64,000 nucleotides of DNA from Anaerolineaceae bacterium (GCA_041910365.1 JAYRQY010000108.1:1799-65798), one strand, 5' to 3'. Shown: positions 1 through 9,356, counted from the first letter of the stretch. Notes: a model not told the origin generated them from the letters alone. Program-made: numbers and translations.

Positions 1-165
1 ATCGATGGAGCGGGGATCAAATTCAAAATGAAGATTGCGGTCGTACGTATCCGCGCGCTTGCCCTGGAATAAACCGCAGTCGATCAGCAGGCGATGTCCA
101 TTCACTTCAAGCAGGTGTTTTGAACCAGTGACCGTTTGTGCAGCACCTTCAAATGTTATCTTCAT
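1..165 (-). CDS. MBL-fold / beta-CASP family RNA-processing hydrolase, N-terminal 55 codons only (gene continues past the window start)
   Basis: Minus-strand ORF open to the window edge. ATG at 165-163 overlaps the RNase D stop as ATGA. Translation [37 protein letters not shown] looks like the N-terminus of MBL/beta-CASP hydrolases (recalled, not searched). Confidence 0.6.
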   Translation of the reverse strand, partial: MKITFEGAAQTVTGSKHLLEVNGHRLLIDCGLFQGKRADTYDRNLHFEFDPRSID

Positions 166-1304
166 GCCGGTTCCTCCTTCTTCAGGGCTTCCAGGATGCG
201 TTCACCATACTGCCGGCGGCGGTAAGGGAAGGCTTTCATCAAGTCAGTAAGTTCGGATAACGTGCGCGGGTGATGACAGGCAATTGATTCCATCAGCTCC
301 CTGGGAAGGATTACATCGGATTCGACCTTCTTTTCGAGCGCCAGGGATTTACGCCAACACTTGAGGCGGTCCAAACGCTGCAGATATTCAGCATCAAGCC
401 GCGGCCGTTTCGGTTTGGTGATGGGTTGTGCCGACCGCCCAATTTTAATCAATTCCAGCAGGCGTACTCCATGCCGGCGCAGCAGCCTGGGGCTCGTTCC
501 GGCAACTTTGGCAAGGTCATCCAGGGTATCAACCTCAGCGGTACTGAGATCGACCAGAAGCTGGTTGGAAAGCACCTTGAAATGCGGCAGGTCAGCCAGG
601 CGGGCTTGTTCATCGCGGTAACGGCAAAGCAGGTCAAGCACTGCCGCCTGCTGGGGAGTGATCGGATGCGCCCCGGCTACCTTCCACCAATTGACACTGT
701 TTCCGTTTTGCGCATGCCCCTCTGCTTGCGAGATATATCGAAAATCTTCACTGGCCAGGTCAACAAGCCCTTGCGCCGCCAGGTCAGTATTAAGACTGTC
801 ACGCAAATTAAACAGGTAATGGGTATCCAGCGCTGCATACGCCAGCATCGCCCCTGAAAGCGGGCGGATTCCCCAGTTCGCACGTTGGTACCGCTTGTCT
901 AGGGTCACGCCAAATCGGCTTTGGAGCAGCGCTCCCAGCCCCACCTCCGGCAAGCCTAAAATGCGCGCCGCCAGCATGGTGTCAAAAAGGGTATTGAAGG
1001 CAAAATTGTAATCGCGCTTCAGACAGATGAGATCATACTCGGCGGCGTGGAAAATCTTTTCAACTGCCGGGTTGGCAAATACGGGAGCCAGGGGAGAAAG
1101 GTCGGCAACCGCGAAGGGATCGATCAGGTAATCTGCCGCCGGGACTGAAATTTGGATGAGGCAAACCTTTTCGCGGTACGCAAACAGACTGTTCGATTCT
1201 GTATCAATGGCGATGCGGGATTCTCCGACAAGAGCATCTGCCAGTCTTTTCAGAAGCGCCTGCGAATCCACCCAAAGCGGAGGGGTTACCACCGGTAATT
1301 CCAT
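162..1304 (-). CDS. rnd: Ribonuclease D (DEDD 3'-5' exonuclease + HRDC)
   Basis: ORF track 162..1382. Exonuclease motifs IAIDTESNS and HAAEYD, with a C-terminal HRDC-like region. Start set at Met27 (1304, MELPVV) because a TATAAT lies 6 nt upstream and the divergent regulator promoter occupies 1365-1393. The in-frame ATG at 1382 is the alternative. Confidence 0.85.
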   Translation of the reverse strand: MELPVVTPPLWVDSQALLKRLADALVGESRIAIDTESNSLFAYREKVCLIQISVPAADYLIDPFAVADLSPLAPVFANPAVEKIFHAAEYDLICLKRDYNFAFNTLFDTMLAARILGLPEVGLGALLQSRFGVTLDKRYQRANWGIRPLSGAMLAYAALDTHYLFNLRDSLNTDLAAQGLVDLASEDFRYISQAEGHAQNGNSVNWWKVAGAHPITPQQAAVLDLLCRYRDEQARLADLPHFKVLSNQLLVDLSTAEVDTLDDLAKVAGTSPRLLRRHGVRLLELIKIGRSAQPITKPKRPRLDAEYLQRLDRLKCWRKSLALEKKVESDVILPRELMESIACHHPRTLSELTDLMKAFPYRRRQYGERILEALKKEEPA

Positions 1305-1364
1305 TGCCTCATTATAATCTTGAAGGGCAGACAACCCCGGTCTTGAACCCTGTCCAAATTGCAA

Positions 1365-1393
1365 TTGCGTTAATCTCCGCATTAATGGATAAT
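1365..1393 (+). promoter_or_regulatory. Candidate sigma70-type promoter for the response regulator/kinase pair
   Basis: TTGCGT-17 nt-GATAAT about 30 nt upstream of the ATG at 1424. Pattern match only. Confidence 0.35.
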
Positions 1394-1423
1394 TGTAGGA
1401 AGAGCATCCTCACCCGAGGAGGA

Positions 1424-2104
1424 ATGATGAAAGAACGCATTTTAATCATTGAAGACGATGACTTGATCCTTAAAATGCTGCGCCGTTCATTGGTCTATGA
1501 GGGGTACCAGGTGGACACTGCCATGGACGGCGAAGGGGGGCTGAACCTGCTGCGCGACAACAAACCCGCGCTGGTGATCCTGGATTGGATGCTGCCTGGA
1601 ATGGACGGACTTGAAGTGTGCAGGCGCATCCGCGAATTGGGAAACCAGCCGGTGTTGATGCTCACCGCCAAGGACACACTTGAGAACCGCGTGCAGGGGT
1701 TGGATGCCGGCGCCGATGATTACCAGGTGAAGCCTTTTGAACTGGATGAACTGCTGGCGCGCATCCGCGCCTTGCTGCGCCGCACCCAGGTGGAACGCGC
1801 GCCGATCCTCACTTTTGGCGACCTTTCGCTGGATACTTCCACCCGGCAGGCTACGCGCAGGAATCGCGTCATCATGCTCACTGCCAAGGAATACGACCTG
1901 CTCGAAATGTTCATGCGCCATCCGCGCCAGGTGCTCACCCGCGAGATCATTTTTGACCGTGTCTGGGGTTACGATTTTGGCGGTGAAAGCAACGTGTTGG
2001 ATGTGTACATCCGCTACCTGCGCCAAAAACTTGAAGGTGACGGCGAAGCCCGCCTGATCCACACGGTGCGCAGCGTGGGCTACGTGATGCGCGAGACCGC
2101 TTAA
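1424..2104 (+). CDS. OmpR/PhoB-family response regulator
   Basis: Receiver domain ([17 protein letters not shown]) plus winged-helix output ([17 protein letters not shown]). GGAGG lies immediately upstream of ATGATG at 1424/1427. The ORF-track start at 1304 is upstream of the likely promoter. Confidence 0.9.
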   Translation: MMKERILIIEDDDLILKMLRRSLVYEGYQVDTAMDGEGGLNLLRDNKPALVILDWMLPGMDGLEVCRRIRELGNQPVLMLTAKDTLENRVQGLDAGADDYQVKPFELDELLARIRALLRRTQVERAPILTFGDLSLDTSTRQATRRNRVIMLTAKEYDLLEMFMRHPRQVLTREIIFDRVWGYDFGGESNVLDVYIRYLRQKLEGDGEARLIHTVRSVGYVMRETA

Positions 2105-2112
2105 TAAAATTT

Positions 2113-3474
2113 ATGTCCCTCCGCATAAGATTGACCATCCTGTATACCACCCTGCTGGGGAGCGTACTCCTGCTCTTCGGAGGTCTTGTTTATGGACTGG
2201 CGAGCGTTAATCTCTTCAACACCATCGACAATACCCTGCGCAATGCCGCCACAGACCTGGTGGATTTATTGCGGCTGAACATCAACGGTCAGTTTGATGC
2301 ACGATCGGTGGCCAACTACCAGCCGACCGAAAATTTGATCATCCAGGTATGGGGGAGTGACGGACGCATCCAGTTTGCCCGGCCGACCGGAATTGGCACC
2401 TCGATGGATTCCGTCACGCGCCTGCGCGGCATCACCGCCATCAAGACGGTCGTTGTGGGGGGGCAACATTTACGCGTGTTGACTGTGCCCCTTTCGACCA
2501 CCCGCGGACCGGCAGGTACGCTGCAAATTGCCATCACCCTGACGATTTTGGACGAGGTGCAGCGGACGTTATCTGTCATTCTCATCGTGCTCACCATTGT
2601 GGCAATGGGCATCTCCATCATCGCCACCTGGCTCTCGACCCGGCAGGTGCTTAAGCCCCTCGACACAATGACCAGCATTGCCACCAAGATCACCAAAGCC
2701 GATGACCTTTCGCGCCGGATCCCGACTGATAACACCCGACAAGATGAAGTGGGCAGGCTAATCCTGGCGTTTAACCAGACACTTTCGAGGTTGGATGCGC
2801 TTTTCACCTCGCAGCAGCGATTTTTGGGTGATGTGAGCCACGAGCTGCGCACCCCTTTGACAGTGATCAAAGGAAATGTTGGCCTGATGCGCAAGATTGG
2901 CGCAGATGAAGAATCCATGTCTGGCATCGAGGGGGAAGTGGATCGCCTGACACGGCTGGTGGGTGACCTGCTGCTGATCAACCAGACCGAGACCGGCAGC
3001 GTGTCCCTGCAGTTCGATAAAGTTGACCTGGACGTGGTATTGCTTGATGTTTTTAAGCAGATGAAAGTGGTAGCGGGTGACCGGGTGAAGATGAGCCTTG
3101 AAGGGCTGGCTCCCATCCAGATCAACGGCGAAGTTGACCGTATCAAACAGGTCTTTCTGAATTTGGTTGGCAATGCCCTCCAGTACACGCAGCGTGGGGA
3201 TTCGATCATGATCCGCATGCAAACCGCTGAGAAATGGGTCAGCGTGTTTGTAAAAGATACCGGATCGGGCATCAGCGAAGAGGACCTGCCGCACATCTTT
3301 GAGCGTTTTTACCGCGGTGAGAAATCCCGCAAGCGCACCAGCGGCATCGGCTTTGGACTGGGGCTTTCCATCGTGCAATGGATCGTCAACCAGCACGGCG
3401 GAACGATTACGGCAAATTCAATCCCCGGGCAGGGAACCGAGTTCGTCGTTCAGTTCCCATTGTTCGAAGATTAA
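2113..3474 (+). CDS. Sensor histidine kinase (2 TM, HAMP, HisKA, HATPase)
   Basis: H-box SHELRTPLT and N/G boxes (LVGNALQYT, DTGSGI, GIGFGLGLSIV). Starts 8 nt after the regulator stop. Confidence 0.9.
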   Translation: MSLRIRLTILYTTLLGSVLLLFGGLVYGLASVNLFNTIDNTLRNAATDLVDLLRLNINGQFDARSVANYQPTENLIIQVWGSDGRIQFARPTGIGTSMDSVTRLRGITAIKTVVVGGQHLRVLTVPLSTTRGPAGTLQIAITLTILDEVQRTLSVILIVLTIVAMGISIIATWLSTRQVLKPLDTMTSIATKITKADDLSRRIPTDNTRQDEVGRLILAFNQTLSRLDALFTSQQRFLGDVSHELRTPLTVIKGNVGLMRKIGADEESMSGIEGEVDRLTRLVGDLLLINQTETGSVSLQFDKVDLDVVLLDVFKQMKVVAGDRVKMSLEGLAPIQINGEVDRIKQVFLNLVGNALQYTQRGDSIMIRMQTAEKWVSVFVKDTGSGISEEDLPHIFERFYRGEKSRKRTSGIGFGLGLSIVQWIVNQHGGTITANSIPGQGTEFVVQFPLFED

Positions 3475-3476
3475 TT

Positions 3477-3510
3477 GCACAACCCGGCTAATAGCCGGGT
3501 TGTGCTTTTT
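3477..3510 (+). terminator. Rho-independent terminator after the kinase gene
   Basis: Perfect 13-bp stem GCACAACCCGGCT/AGCCGGGTTGTGC, 3-nt loop, then TTTTT. Confidence 0.85.
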
Positions 3511-3546
3511 CGGGGCAAAATCCGTGGATCAAACGGATGATGCAGA

Positions 3547-4251
3547 TCAGGTGCGCGGATTTTGAGAACTGTAGCTGCGATATACTGCCTGCTGCTGGGA
3601 ACGGGCGGCAATAGAGGCGTTCGGTCTGCTGCTGGGTACCTGGCGGGTGATTTGCACTGCAGGGCGGGCAGCAGGTGAGGGGGAAGCGGTGCGGTGCAGC
3701 GTTGCAGGATTTTTTGTGCTGCGGGAGGCATCGCCGCGATGGGATTTGCGCTCCAGTGCGCTGGTGAGCGACCCGATGATAAGGACGCGGATGACCCAGA
3801 CCAGCACGGCAACAAACAGCGGGACAATGGTATTGAGTGACTTTGACGCAACAATGGCGGCGCTGGCGGTGGCATGATTGCTAATGGCAATGGCAACTCC
3901 CCACCAGGTGAGCGCTGCGTTGAAGGTTCCCGCAATTAACCAGGCACCAAAAAGGTACCACGATTCGCGGCGGTCGCCCTCATGCCCCTTCTGCGTGATC
4001 AGGCGGGCGATGCCGGCAAAATCGATACCGCAAAAAGCCAGCGCCATCAGGGTCGCCCACTGGAAACCGGCAAAGCGCAAATCTCCCAGCAGGTCACGCA
4101 GGGCATAAGCCGTTGTGCCATAATTGAAGGCTTCAAAGGCGATCATGGCAATGACGATGATGAAACCATAGACATTCCCGGACTGAACGCGCGTCCTTTT
4201 GATTGTGGTAAACGAGCTGTTGAACAAATTACGGGTGGATGAGAGGTTCAT
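3547..4251 (-). CDS. Uncharacterised membrane protein (about 4 TM helices, low-complexity C-terminal tail)
   Basis: 234-aa ORF with hydrophobic helices and a Pro/Ser/Ala/Arg-rich tail. AAGGAG Shine-Dalgarno and its own consensus-like promoter. No family recognised. Confidence 0.65.
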   Translation of the reverse strand: MNLSSTRNLFNSSFTTIKRTRVQSGNVYGFIIVIAMIAFEAFNYGTTAYALRDLLGDLRFAGFQWATLMALAFCGIDFAGIARLITQKGHEGDRRESWYLFGAWLIAGTFNAALTWWGVAIAISNHATASAAIVASKSLNTIVPLFVAVLVWVIRVLIIGSLTSALERKSHRGDASRSTKNPATLHRTASPSPAARPAVQITRQVPSSRPNASIAARSQQQAVYRSYSSQNPRT

Positions 4252-4296
4252 GACTGTTTTCTCCTTGATACAAATTCAATGAGTAATTACAGTCAC

Positions 4297-4325
4297 ATTA
4301 TAGAACAATAATTCTATTAAGTCAA
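4297..4325 (-). promoter_or_regulatory. Near-consensus sigma70-type promoter for the 3547-4251 gene
   Basis: Minus strand reads TTGACT-17 nt-TATAAT, about 45 nt upstream of the ATG at 4251. Confidence 0.6.
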
Positions 4326-4344
4326 TGGTTTTAGAAAACTCGTT

Positions 4345-4911
4345 CTAAATTGGTTCTTCCGCAGCCAGCCAGTTAATTTCAACTGGTTTGGCATTCTCGG
4401 GCACCATGTTATGGGCTTCCGTCAACGGCAGGCGGTTGGACTGGCACACCAGCGTTGCCAGCGCCATTCCGTGAGTCACCACCAGCACACTGCCAACCGG
4501 AAACAGGCGGCTGACCTCATCAGCAAAGGCAGCGGTGCGTGCCGCCACCTGTGAGACGCTTTCGCCTCCGGGCGCAAGGATAATGGTCGGGTCACTGTGG
4601 CTGAGAGCGTAGCGCTCAGTAAATTTTGCCCGCATCTCCTGGAATTTCTGCCCTTCCCATTCTCCAAAACAGATCTCCCGCAGGCGGGGATCTGGGATCA
4701 GCGCAATGGAGCGTTCTTCGTGCAAGGCACGGGCTGTCTGCATGGCACGCTGCAAATCGCTGGTGTAAATGGCGGTAAATGATTCTGAGGCCAGCAATTT
4801 GGCAAGGGCTTGCGCCTGCCGCACCCCCTCTGCATTTAACGGAATATCCTTCTGCCCCTGGCAACGCCCCTCAAGGTTCCAATCCGTCTGCCCATGCCTC
4901 ACGAGCGTCAT
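4345..4911 (-). CDS. Histidine phosphatase family protein (PGAM/CobC-like)
   Basis: RHG motif at the N-terminus (MTLVRHGQTDWN) and a later H motif (VVTHGMA). Start set at Met24 of the ORF, just downstream of the nth stop at 4917. Confidence 0.8.
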   Translation of the reverse strand: MTLVRHGQTDWNLEGRCQGQKDIPLNAEGVRQAQALAKLLASESFTAIYTSDLQRAMQTARALHEERSIALIPDPRLREICFGEWEGQKFQEMRAKFTERYALSHSDPTIILAPGGESVSQVAARTAAFADEVSRLFPVGSVLVVTHGMALATLVCQSNRLPLTEAHNMVPENAKPVEINWLAAEEPI

Positions 4912-4916
4912 GCGGG

Positions 4917-5612
4917 TCAAGGGTGGGCAAGCCCCGTGGTTAACTCCGCATAATACGCGCACAACGAATTCACCGGGCAACCCTCACATGCCGGCTTGCG
5001 TGCATGGCACACCTCGCGGCCCAGCCGGATGAGGTTGAGGTGCCCGGCATAGAACTCTTCGGGTGGGATCAACTGCTCCATGAGAGAATGGGTTTGTTCA
5101 ACGTTCATCCCCTGTGGACGGGCGCCCAACCGGCCAGTGACGCGGTAAATATGCGTGTCCACCGGGAAAGCCGGGCGATTCAATGCAAACTGGAGGACGA
5201 TGGCAGCGGTTTTCCTCCCAACGCCCTTGAAACGCAGCAGCCATTCCCGCGCCTCTTCCAGCGGCAGTAGCGCCAGGAACGAAAGATCCAGGTTTCCGCG
5301 TTCCTGTATGATCTGCGCTAAAACCGCCTTGATGCGCGGACCTTTTTGATTGGCCAGCCCGGCTATGCGGATCGTGTCGATGATTTCCTCATCCGCTGCG
5401 CTGATAACCGCTTCCCAACTTGAGAAGCGTTTTTTCAATGCAGTAAAGGCAATGTCGCGATTCCGGTCGTTGGTATTTTGCGAAAGAATGGTGCAAACCA
5501 GTTCATCCACCGGCGGCAGCGGGTCGCGCCAATCCGGGTGACCAAATGCGGCAGAAAGACGCGCCAACACCTCCCGCATCAAAATGGATGCCGCCTTCTG
5601 GTTATCGTCCAT
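4917..5612 (-). CDS. nth: Endonuclease III / HhH-GPD base-excision glycosylase with Fe-S cluster loop
   Basis: HhH-GPD region (LLRFKGVGRKTAAIVL ... VDTH) and the C-terminal cysteine cluster CHARKPACEGCPVNSLC. Start is Met9 (5612) or Met1 (5636). Confidence 0.85.
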   Translation of the reverse strand: MDDNQKAASILMREVLARLSAAFGHPDWRDPLPPVDELVCTILSQNTNDRNRDIAFTALKKRFSSWEAVISAADEEIIDTIRIAGLANQKGPRIKAVLAQIIQERGNLDLSFLALLPLEEAREWLLRFKGVGRKTAAIVLQFALNRPAFPVDTHIYRVTGRLGARPQGMNVEQTHSLMEQLIPPEEFYAGHLNLIRLGREVCHARKPACEGCPVNSLCAYYAELTTGLAHP

Positions 5613-6459
5613 TCGAGAGTGAACCGGAAGGCGCATGCCGCTTGAGGTACTTCATTAGGCCGTAGGCAAGGCGTGAGAAATAATGTTCATAATGCGGAGA
5701 TTTGGAATCAAACTGTTTTAGCAATTGGATACAGGTATGTTCGATTTCAGGCACAGGCAGTTCATTTTCGGCGAGTTTGTCCACTTGCTGCTGCACCTTG
5801 CCAAGGAACTTCATTTGCTCCTTCACCTCGTCGCTGGTGATCACCCCGGCTCTCCCGGTGACAAGGGTATACGCTTTATACTGCGGAGACAACAACTCCC
5901 GCAGGGCTTCCTGCCAGGCCGGCAGGTCAGATGCAGCAAGAAACGGCGGAGCACCCGGGACCACGGTATCCCCAATAAACAGCAGTCTTTGCGCGGGCAG
6001 CTCCACCCAGCAGGAACACGCGGATATTCCCGTCACTTTGCGGATCAGGATCGGATAGTCACCCCAGTAAAGCTGCAGCGAATGACCGAAAGTGATATCG
6101 GGAATCGCCCAGCGCACCACTCCCAACCCATTCACCAGTTCCCAGTCTGCCCCGGTTTCCTGCCCCTGCGCCTTGAAGGCTAATGGGCGGTCCTTAATCG
6201 CCTGGGCAACCCCTTCGTGGGCAATGGAAAGGCACTCCATCTGCCGCACGCCGAGGGTGCGGTCAAAGTGCTCATCCAGGGTGATGAGAATACGTTCAAA
6301 TCCGCCGGGCATACCGGAGAGGGTCGAACGCCAGGCGCGGGTATCTTCGATCCGCAACGGAGCATCGATTAGCACCAGCCCACGCTTGCAGCGCATCACC
6401 GCGAGGGTAACCCCCGGATAGCCGGTTTCCAAGTAGATATGAGGTGAGATTTCCCGCAT
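5602..6459 (-). CDS. MBL-fold-like protein with a degenerate metal-binding motif
   Basis: Start set at MREISPHIYL (Met80 of ORF 5602..6696), 20 nt downstream of the kinase stop. LVLIDAP ... ITLDEHFDRTLG occupies the position of the HxHxDH motif. Fold assignment is by pattern only. Confidence 0.55.
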   Translation of the reverse strand: MREISPHIYLETGYPGVTLAVMRCKRGLVLIDAPLRIEDTRAWRSTLSGMPGGFERILITLDEHFDRTLGVRQMECLSIAHEGVAQAIKDRPLAFKAQGQETGADWELVNGLGVVRWAIPDITFGHSLQLYWGDYPILIRKVTGISACSCWVELPAQRLLFIGDTVVPGAPPFLAASDLPAWQEALRELLSPQYKAYTLVTGRAGVITSDEVKEQMKFLGKVQQQVDKLAENELPVPEIEHTCIQLLKQFDSKSPHYEHYFSRLAYGLMKYLKRHAPSGSLSNGR

Positions 6460-6479
6460 CGTTTTCAGGCCGGGAGCGA

Positions 6480-8039
6480 TCAGCCAGTCGTTGGCAATGT
6501 AAAGAGGAAGCGTGAACCGCCCTCCTCGGTGTTTTCGACCCAGATCGTGCCCCCATGAGCCTGAATAGCCAGTCGGCAAAATGCCAGGCCGATGCCAAAG
6601 CCCTTGGTGGTTCCCTCGGAATGGAGCCGGATGAACTTGGTAAAGATGCGTTCCTTTTGATCCGCCGGGATACCCGGACCATGATCCTCCACCCACACGG
6701 TGATATCTTTACCGCTTTGCTTGGCAGCAACGAGAACGCCGGAGCGCATGGGAGAGAATTTGATGGCGTTTTCCAATAGATTAACCACCACCCGCCTTAA
6801 CATATCGTTATCGCCATTGACATCCGGCAGTGTGCCGAGGATTTCTTTGGATATCGTGATCTGGCGGGAAATGGCGGCTGGTGTGGTGATCTCAACCGAT
6901 TCATCGATGAGGGCATTAATGTTTACCTTCTTCTTGTCGGTGAGCTGCTGGCCGGATTCCAGGCGGTGAACATCAAGCAGAGAACTGATGAGGCGCTGCA
7001 GGCGGTCGGAGGACCGCTGGGCAATGTCCACCAGCTGAACCGCCTCCGGCGGCTCGCTCGGCAGCATGGTGCGCAGAATATCGAGGCTGGAAATGATATT
7101 GGCTAATGGCGAACGCAGGTCATGGTAGATCATTGCCGAAAGGTCTTCGCGCAATTCCTCCATATACTGGCGTTCGCTTATATCCCTGAAGATCCACTGC
7201 AGGCTGGGCTTGTCGGAGATGTGGATGGTGGAAACATGCACTTCCACCGGGATGGAGCCGCTTTCCGTGCATTTCAGGGTGGATTCATAAGTGACCGGTG
7301 CGCCATCCCGCAATGCGGAGAAGTTGGTACCGGTTCTTTCGGTTTTTACCTCATGCAGGTCTTCGATCGAGGTTTTTACCAGTTGGGATTTTTGCTGCCC
7401 GGTGGTCAGTACCGCCCGGAGGTTTGCCTCGATGATCTGCCCGTTGAACGTGGTGATGAAGATTGGATCGATGCTGTTTTCAAAGAGGTCGTGGTAGCGC
7501 CGGCCAGCCGACTCAACGTCGTTATAGAGCTGGGCATTGCGTACGGCGATGCCCGCCAGGTCGGCAATGGCCTGCTGGAGCTTGAATTGTTCATCGGTAA
7601 AGAAGTTAATGCGCGGATGCACAATGGTGAGCACCCCCACCAGTTTTTGGCGCGCCATCAGGGGAACACATAAGGCTGAACGTGCTGCACTGGAATCCGC
7701 CACAGCACCGGGGCGCTGCAGCCAGCGTTCATCATTCTGGGTGTTGGCGATGAGGGCAGCCTCTTTGTGCTTGACAACCCATCCCGCCAGCCCGGATTCA
7801 ACCACATCCTGCATCTGGGTTACGGTATGCGGCGCCAGCTTGCCATCGAACAGGATGGCAGCATCCACAGGTTTGCCGCTGTCGTCCAATACCACCAGGC
7901 TGGCGCGTTCCACCCCCAGGTTTTGGGTGGAAAGAACCAGCACACGTGCCAGTACCTTGTGCAGGTCCAGCGTTATCGCCAGCTCACGGCTGACACTGAA
8001 AAGTACTTCGAGGGCAGAACGGGTTACATCCTGATCCAT
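6480..8039 (-). CDS. Cytoplasmic GAF-PAS sensor histidine kinase (no adjacent response regulator)
   Basis: N-terminal GAF-like region, a PAS-like middle, H-box YHDLRSPLANI, and an HATPase region (NLLENAIKFS, DHGPGI, GFGIGLAFC). No TM segments seen. Confidence 0.88.
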   Translation of the reverse strand: MDQDVTRSALEVLFSVSRELAITLDLHKVLARVLVLSTQNLGVERASLVVLDDSGKPVDAAILFDGKLAPHTVTQMQDVVESGLAGWVVKHKEAALIANTQNDERWLQRPGAVADSSAARSALCVPLMARQKLVGVLTIVHPRINFFTDEQFKLQQAIADLAGIAVRNAQLYNDVESAGRRYHDLFENSIDPIFITTFNGQIIEANLRAVLTTGQQKSQLVKTSIEDLHEVKTERTGTNFSALRDGAPVTYESTLKCTESGSIPVEVHVSTIHISDKPSLQWIFRDISERQYMEELREDLSAMIYHDLRSPLANIISSLDILRTMLPSEPPEAVQLVDIAQRSSDRLQRLISSLLDVHRLESGQQLTDKKKVNINALIDESVEITTPAAISRQITISKEILGTLPDVNGDNDMLRRVVVNLLENAIKFSPMRSGVLVAAKQSGKDITVWVEDHGPGIPADQKERIFTKFIRLHSEGTTKGFGIGLAFCRLAIQAHGGTIWVENTEEGGSRFLFTLPTTG

Positions 8040-8049
8040 AGGCTCCTCT

Positions 8050-9204
8050 TTAACTTACATATTTCAAACCACTACCTGTGTTAAATAATACAACTTTATC
8101 ACCATTTTGCATCCAATTTGTTGATATCAAATGTTCCAAAGCAGCCAGGGTGGCAGCCCCTTCCGGAGCGGCAAAGATGCCTTCGGCTGCACCCAATTCT
8201 TGTTGGGCTGCCAGGATTTGTGCATCCGAGACGGTAATTGCGGTGCCATGGCTTTCGCGTAAAGCCCTCAGGATCAGTCTGTCGGAAAAGACAGCCGGAA
8301 CGCGCAGCCCTGAGGCAATCGTGGCAGCGTTCTGCCACACCTCGCAGCGTTCGGCGCCGGAAAGGAATGCCCTCGCCACCGGAGCGCAACCTTCTGCCTG
8401 GACGCTTACCATGCGCGGACGCTTTGACCCGATCCACCCCAGTCCTTCCAACTCGGCAAAAGCTTTCCACATCCCTACCAGCCCGGTTCCTCCGCCGGTG
8501 GGATAAACGATGACGTCGGGCAGCTGCCAGTCAAAGGCTTCTGCCAGCTCAAATCCCATCGTCTTCTTGCCCTCCACCCTGAACGGCTCTTTAAAGGTGG
8601 AGACATCAAACCAGCCGTGCCGAGCTGCGGCTTCGCGCGCCAGTTTGGCGGCGTCGTTGATCAACCCATCCACCAGGATCAATTCTGCACCGGTCATGCG
8701 TACTTCAGCCTGGTTTGCCAAGGGGGTATCAGCTGGCATGTACACATGCGCCGTACACCCAGCCCGGGCAGCATACGCAGCCAATGCGCCGCCGGCATTG
8801 CCGGCTGTAGGAATCACAAATTCCCGCAAGCCAAGCTCGACTGCCTTGGAGAGCGCCACCACCATTCCGCGTGCCTTGAAGGAAGCCGTGGCATGATTCG
8901 ATTCGTCCTTGATGTATAGCCCCGGAAGATCATATTTCCTGGCGAGGTTCCCGGCCGGAAGTAATGGCGTATCTCCTTCGCCAAGCGTGAGAAAGCATGC
9001 CACATCGTTCACTGGCAGCAGCTCGCGCCAGCGCCAGATCCCGCGCGGGCGGGCGCGGATTTCCTCGCGGTCTAACCGGACTTGTGAGAGATCATAACGG
9101 GTCAAAATGGGGGAGGCACAGGAAACGCAAAAAGTCTGCGGGATTCGCGGGTCAAACTGCGCGCCGCACTCGGGGCAAACAAGGTTGTATCGCTCCTGAA
9201 CCAT
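8050..9204 (-). CDS. thrC: Threonine synthase with N-terminal Cys4 zinc-ribbon
   Basis: PLP-lysine motif TASFKARG and glycine loop PTGGGTG. N-terminal CPECG...CVSC. Start set at Met30 (MVQERYNLVCPECG). Confidence 0.88.
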   Translation of the reverse strand: MVQERYNLVCPECGAQFDPRIPQTFCVSCASPILTRYDLSQVRLDREEIRARPRGIWRWRELLPVNDVACFLTLGEGDTPLLPAGNLARKYDLPGLYIKDESNHATASFKARGMVVALSKAVELGLREFVIPTAGNAGGALAAYAARAGCTAHVYMPADTPLANQAEVRMTGAELILVDGLINDAAKLAREAAARHGWFDVSTFKEPFRVEGKKTMGFELAEAFDWQLPDVIVYPTGGGTGLVGMWKAFAELEGLGWIGSKRPRMVSVQAEGCAPVARAFLSGAERCEVWQNAATIASGLRVPAVFSDRLILRALRESHGTAITVSDAQILAAQQELGAAEGIFAAPEGAATLAALEHLISTNWMQNGDKVVLFNTGSGLKYVS

Positions 9205-9211
9205 TAAAAAC

Positions 9212-9220
9212 AGTATAGCA
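9212..9220 (-). promoter_or_regulatory. Extended -10 element (TGcTATACT) 7 nt upstream of the thrC ATG; candidate leaderless promoter
   Basis: Minus strand reads TGC TATACT GTTTTTA ATG. There is no Shine-Dalgarno sequence between the hexamer and the ATG. Confidence 0.4.
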
Positions 9221-9310
9221 TAGTACACGGCGAGGAGGATTTGCCAGCAATGGTGCGGTATGGCCGCACCCTGCACTTCAAGATATGGCATTCAGGTCGT
9301 TACCCCTCGC

Positions 9311-9339
9311 TTGACCGTCCTTCCGGGCAGTGTTATCAT
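9311..9339 (+). promoter_or_regulatory. Sigma70-type promoter for the LysM-M23 peptidase gene
   Basis: TTGACC-17 nt (ending TGt)-TATCAT. The predicted transcription start near 9346 excludes the ORF-track ATG at 9330 and supports the ATG at 9357, which is preceded by GAGGTG. Confidence 0.55.
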
Positions 9340-9356
9340 TTTTTTCTGAGGTGAAA

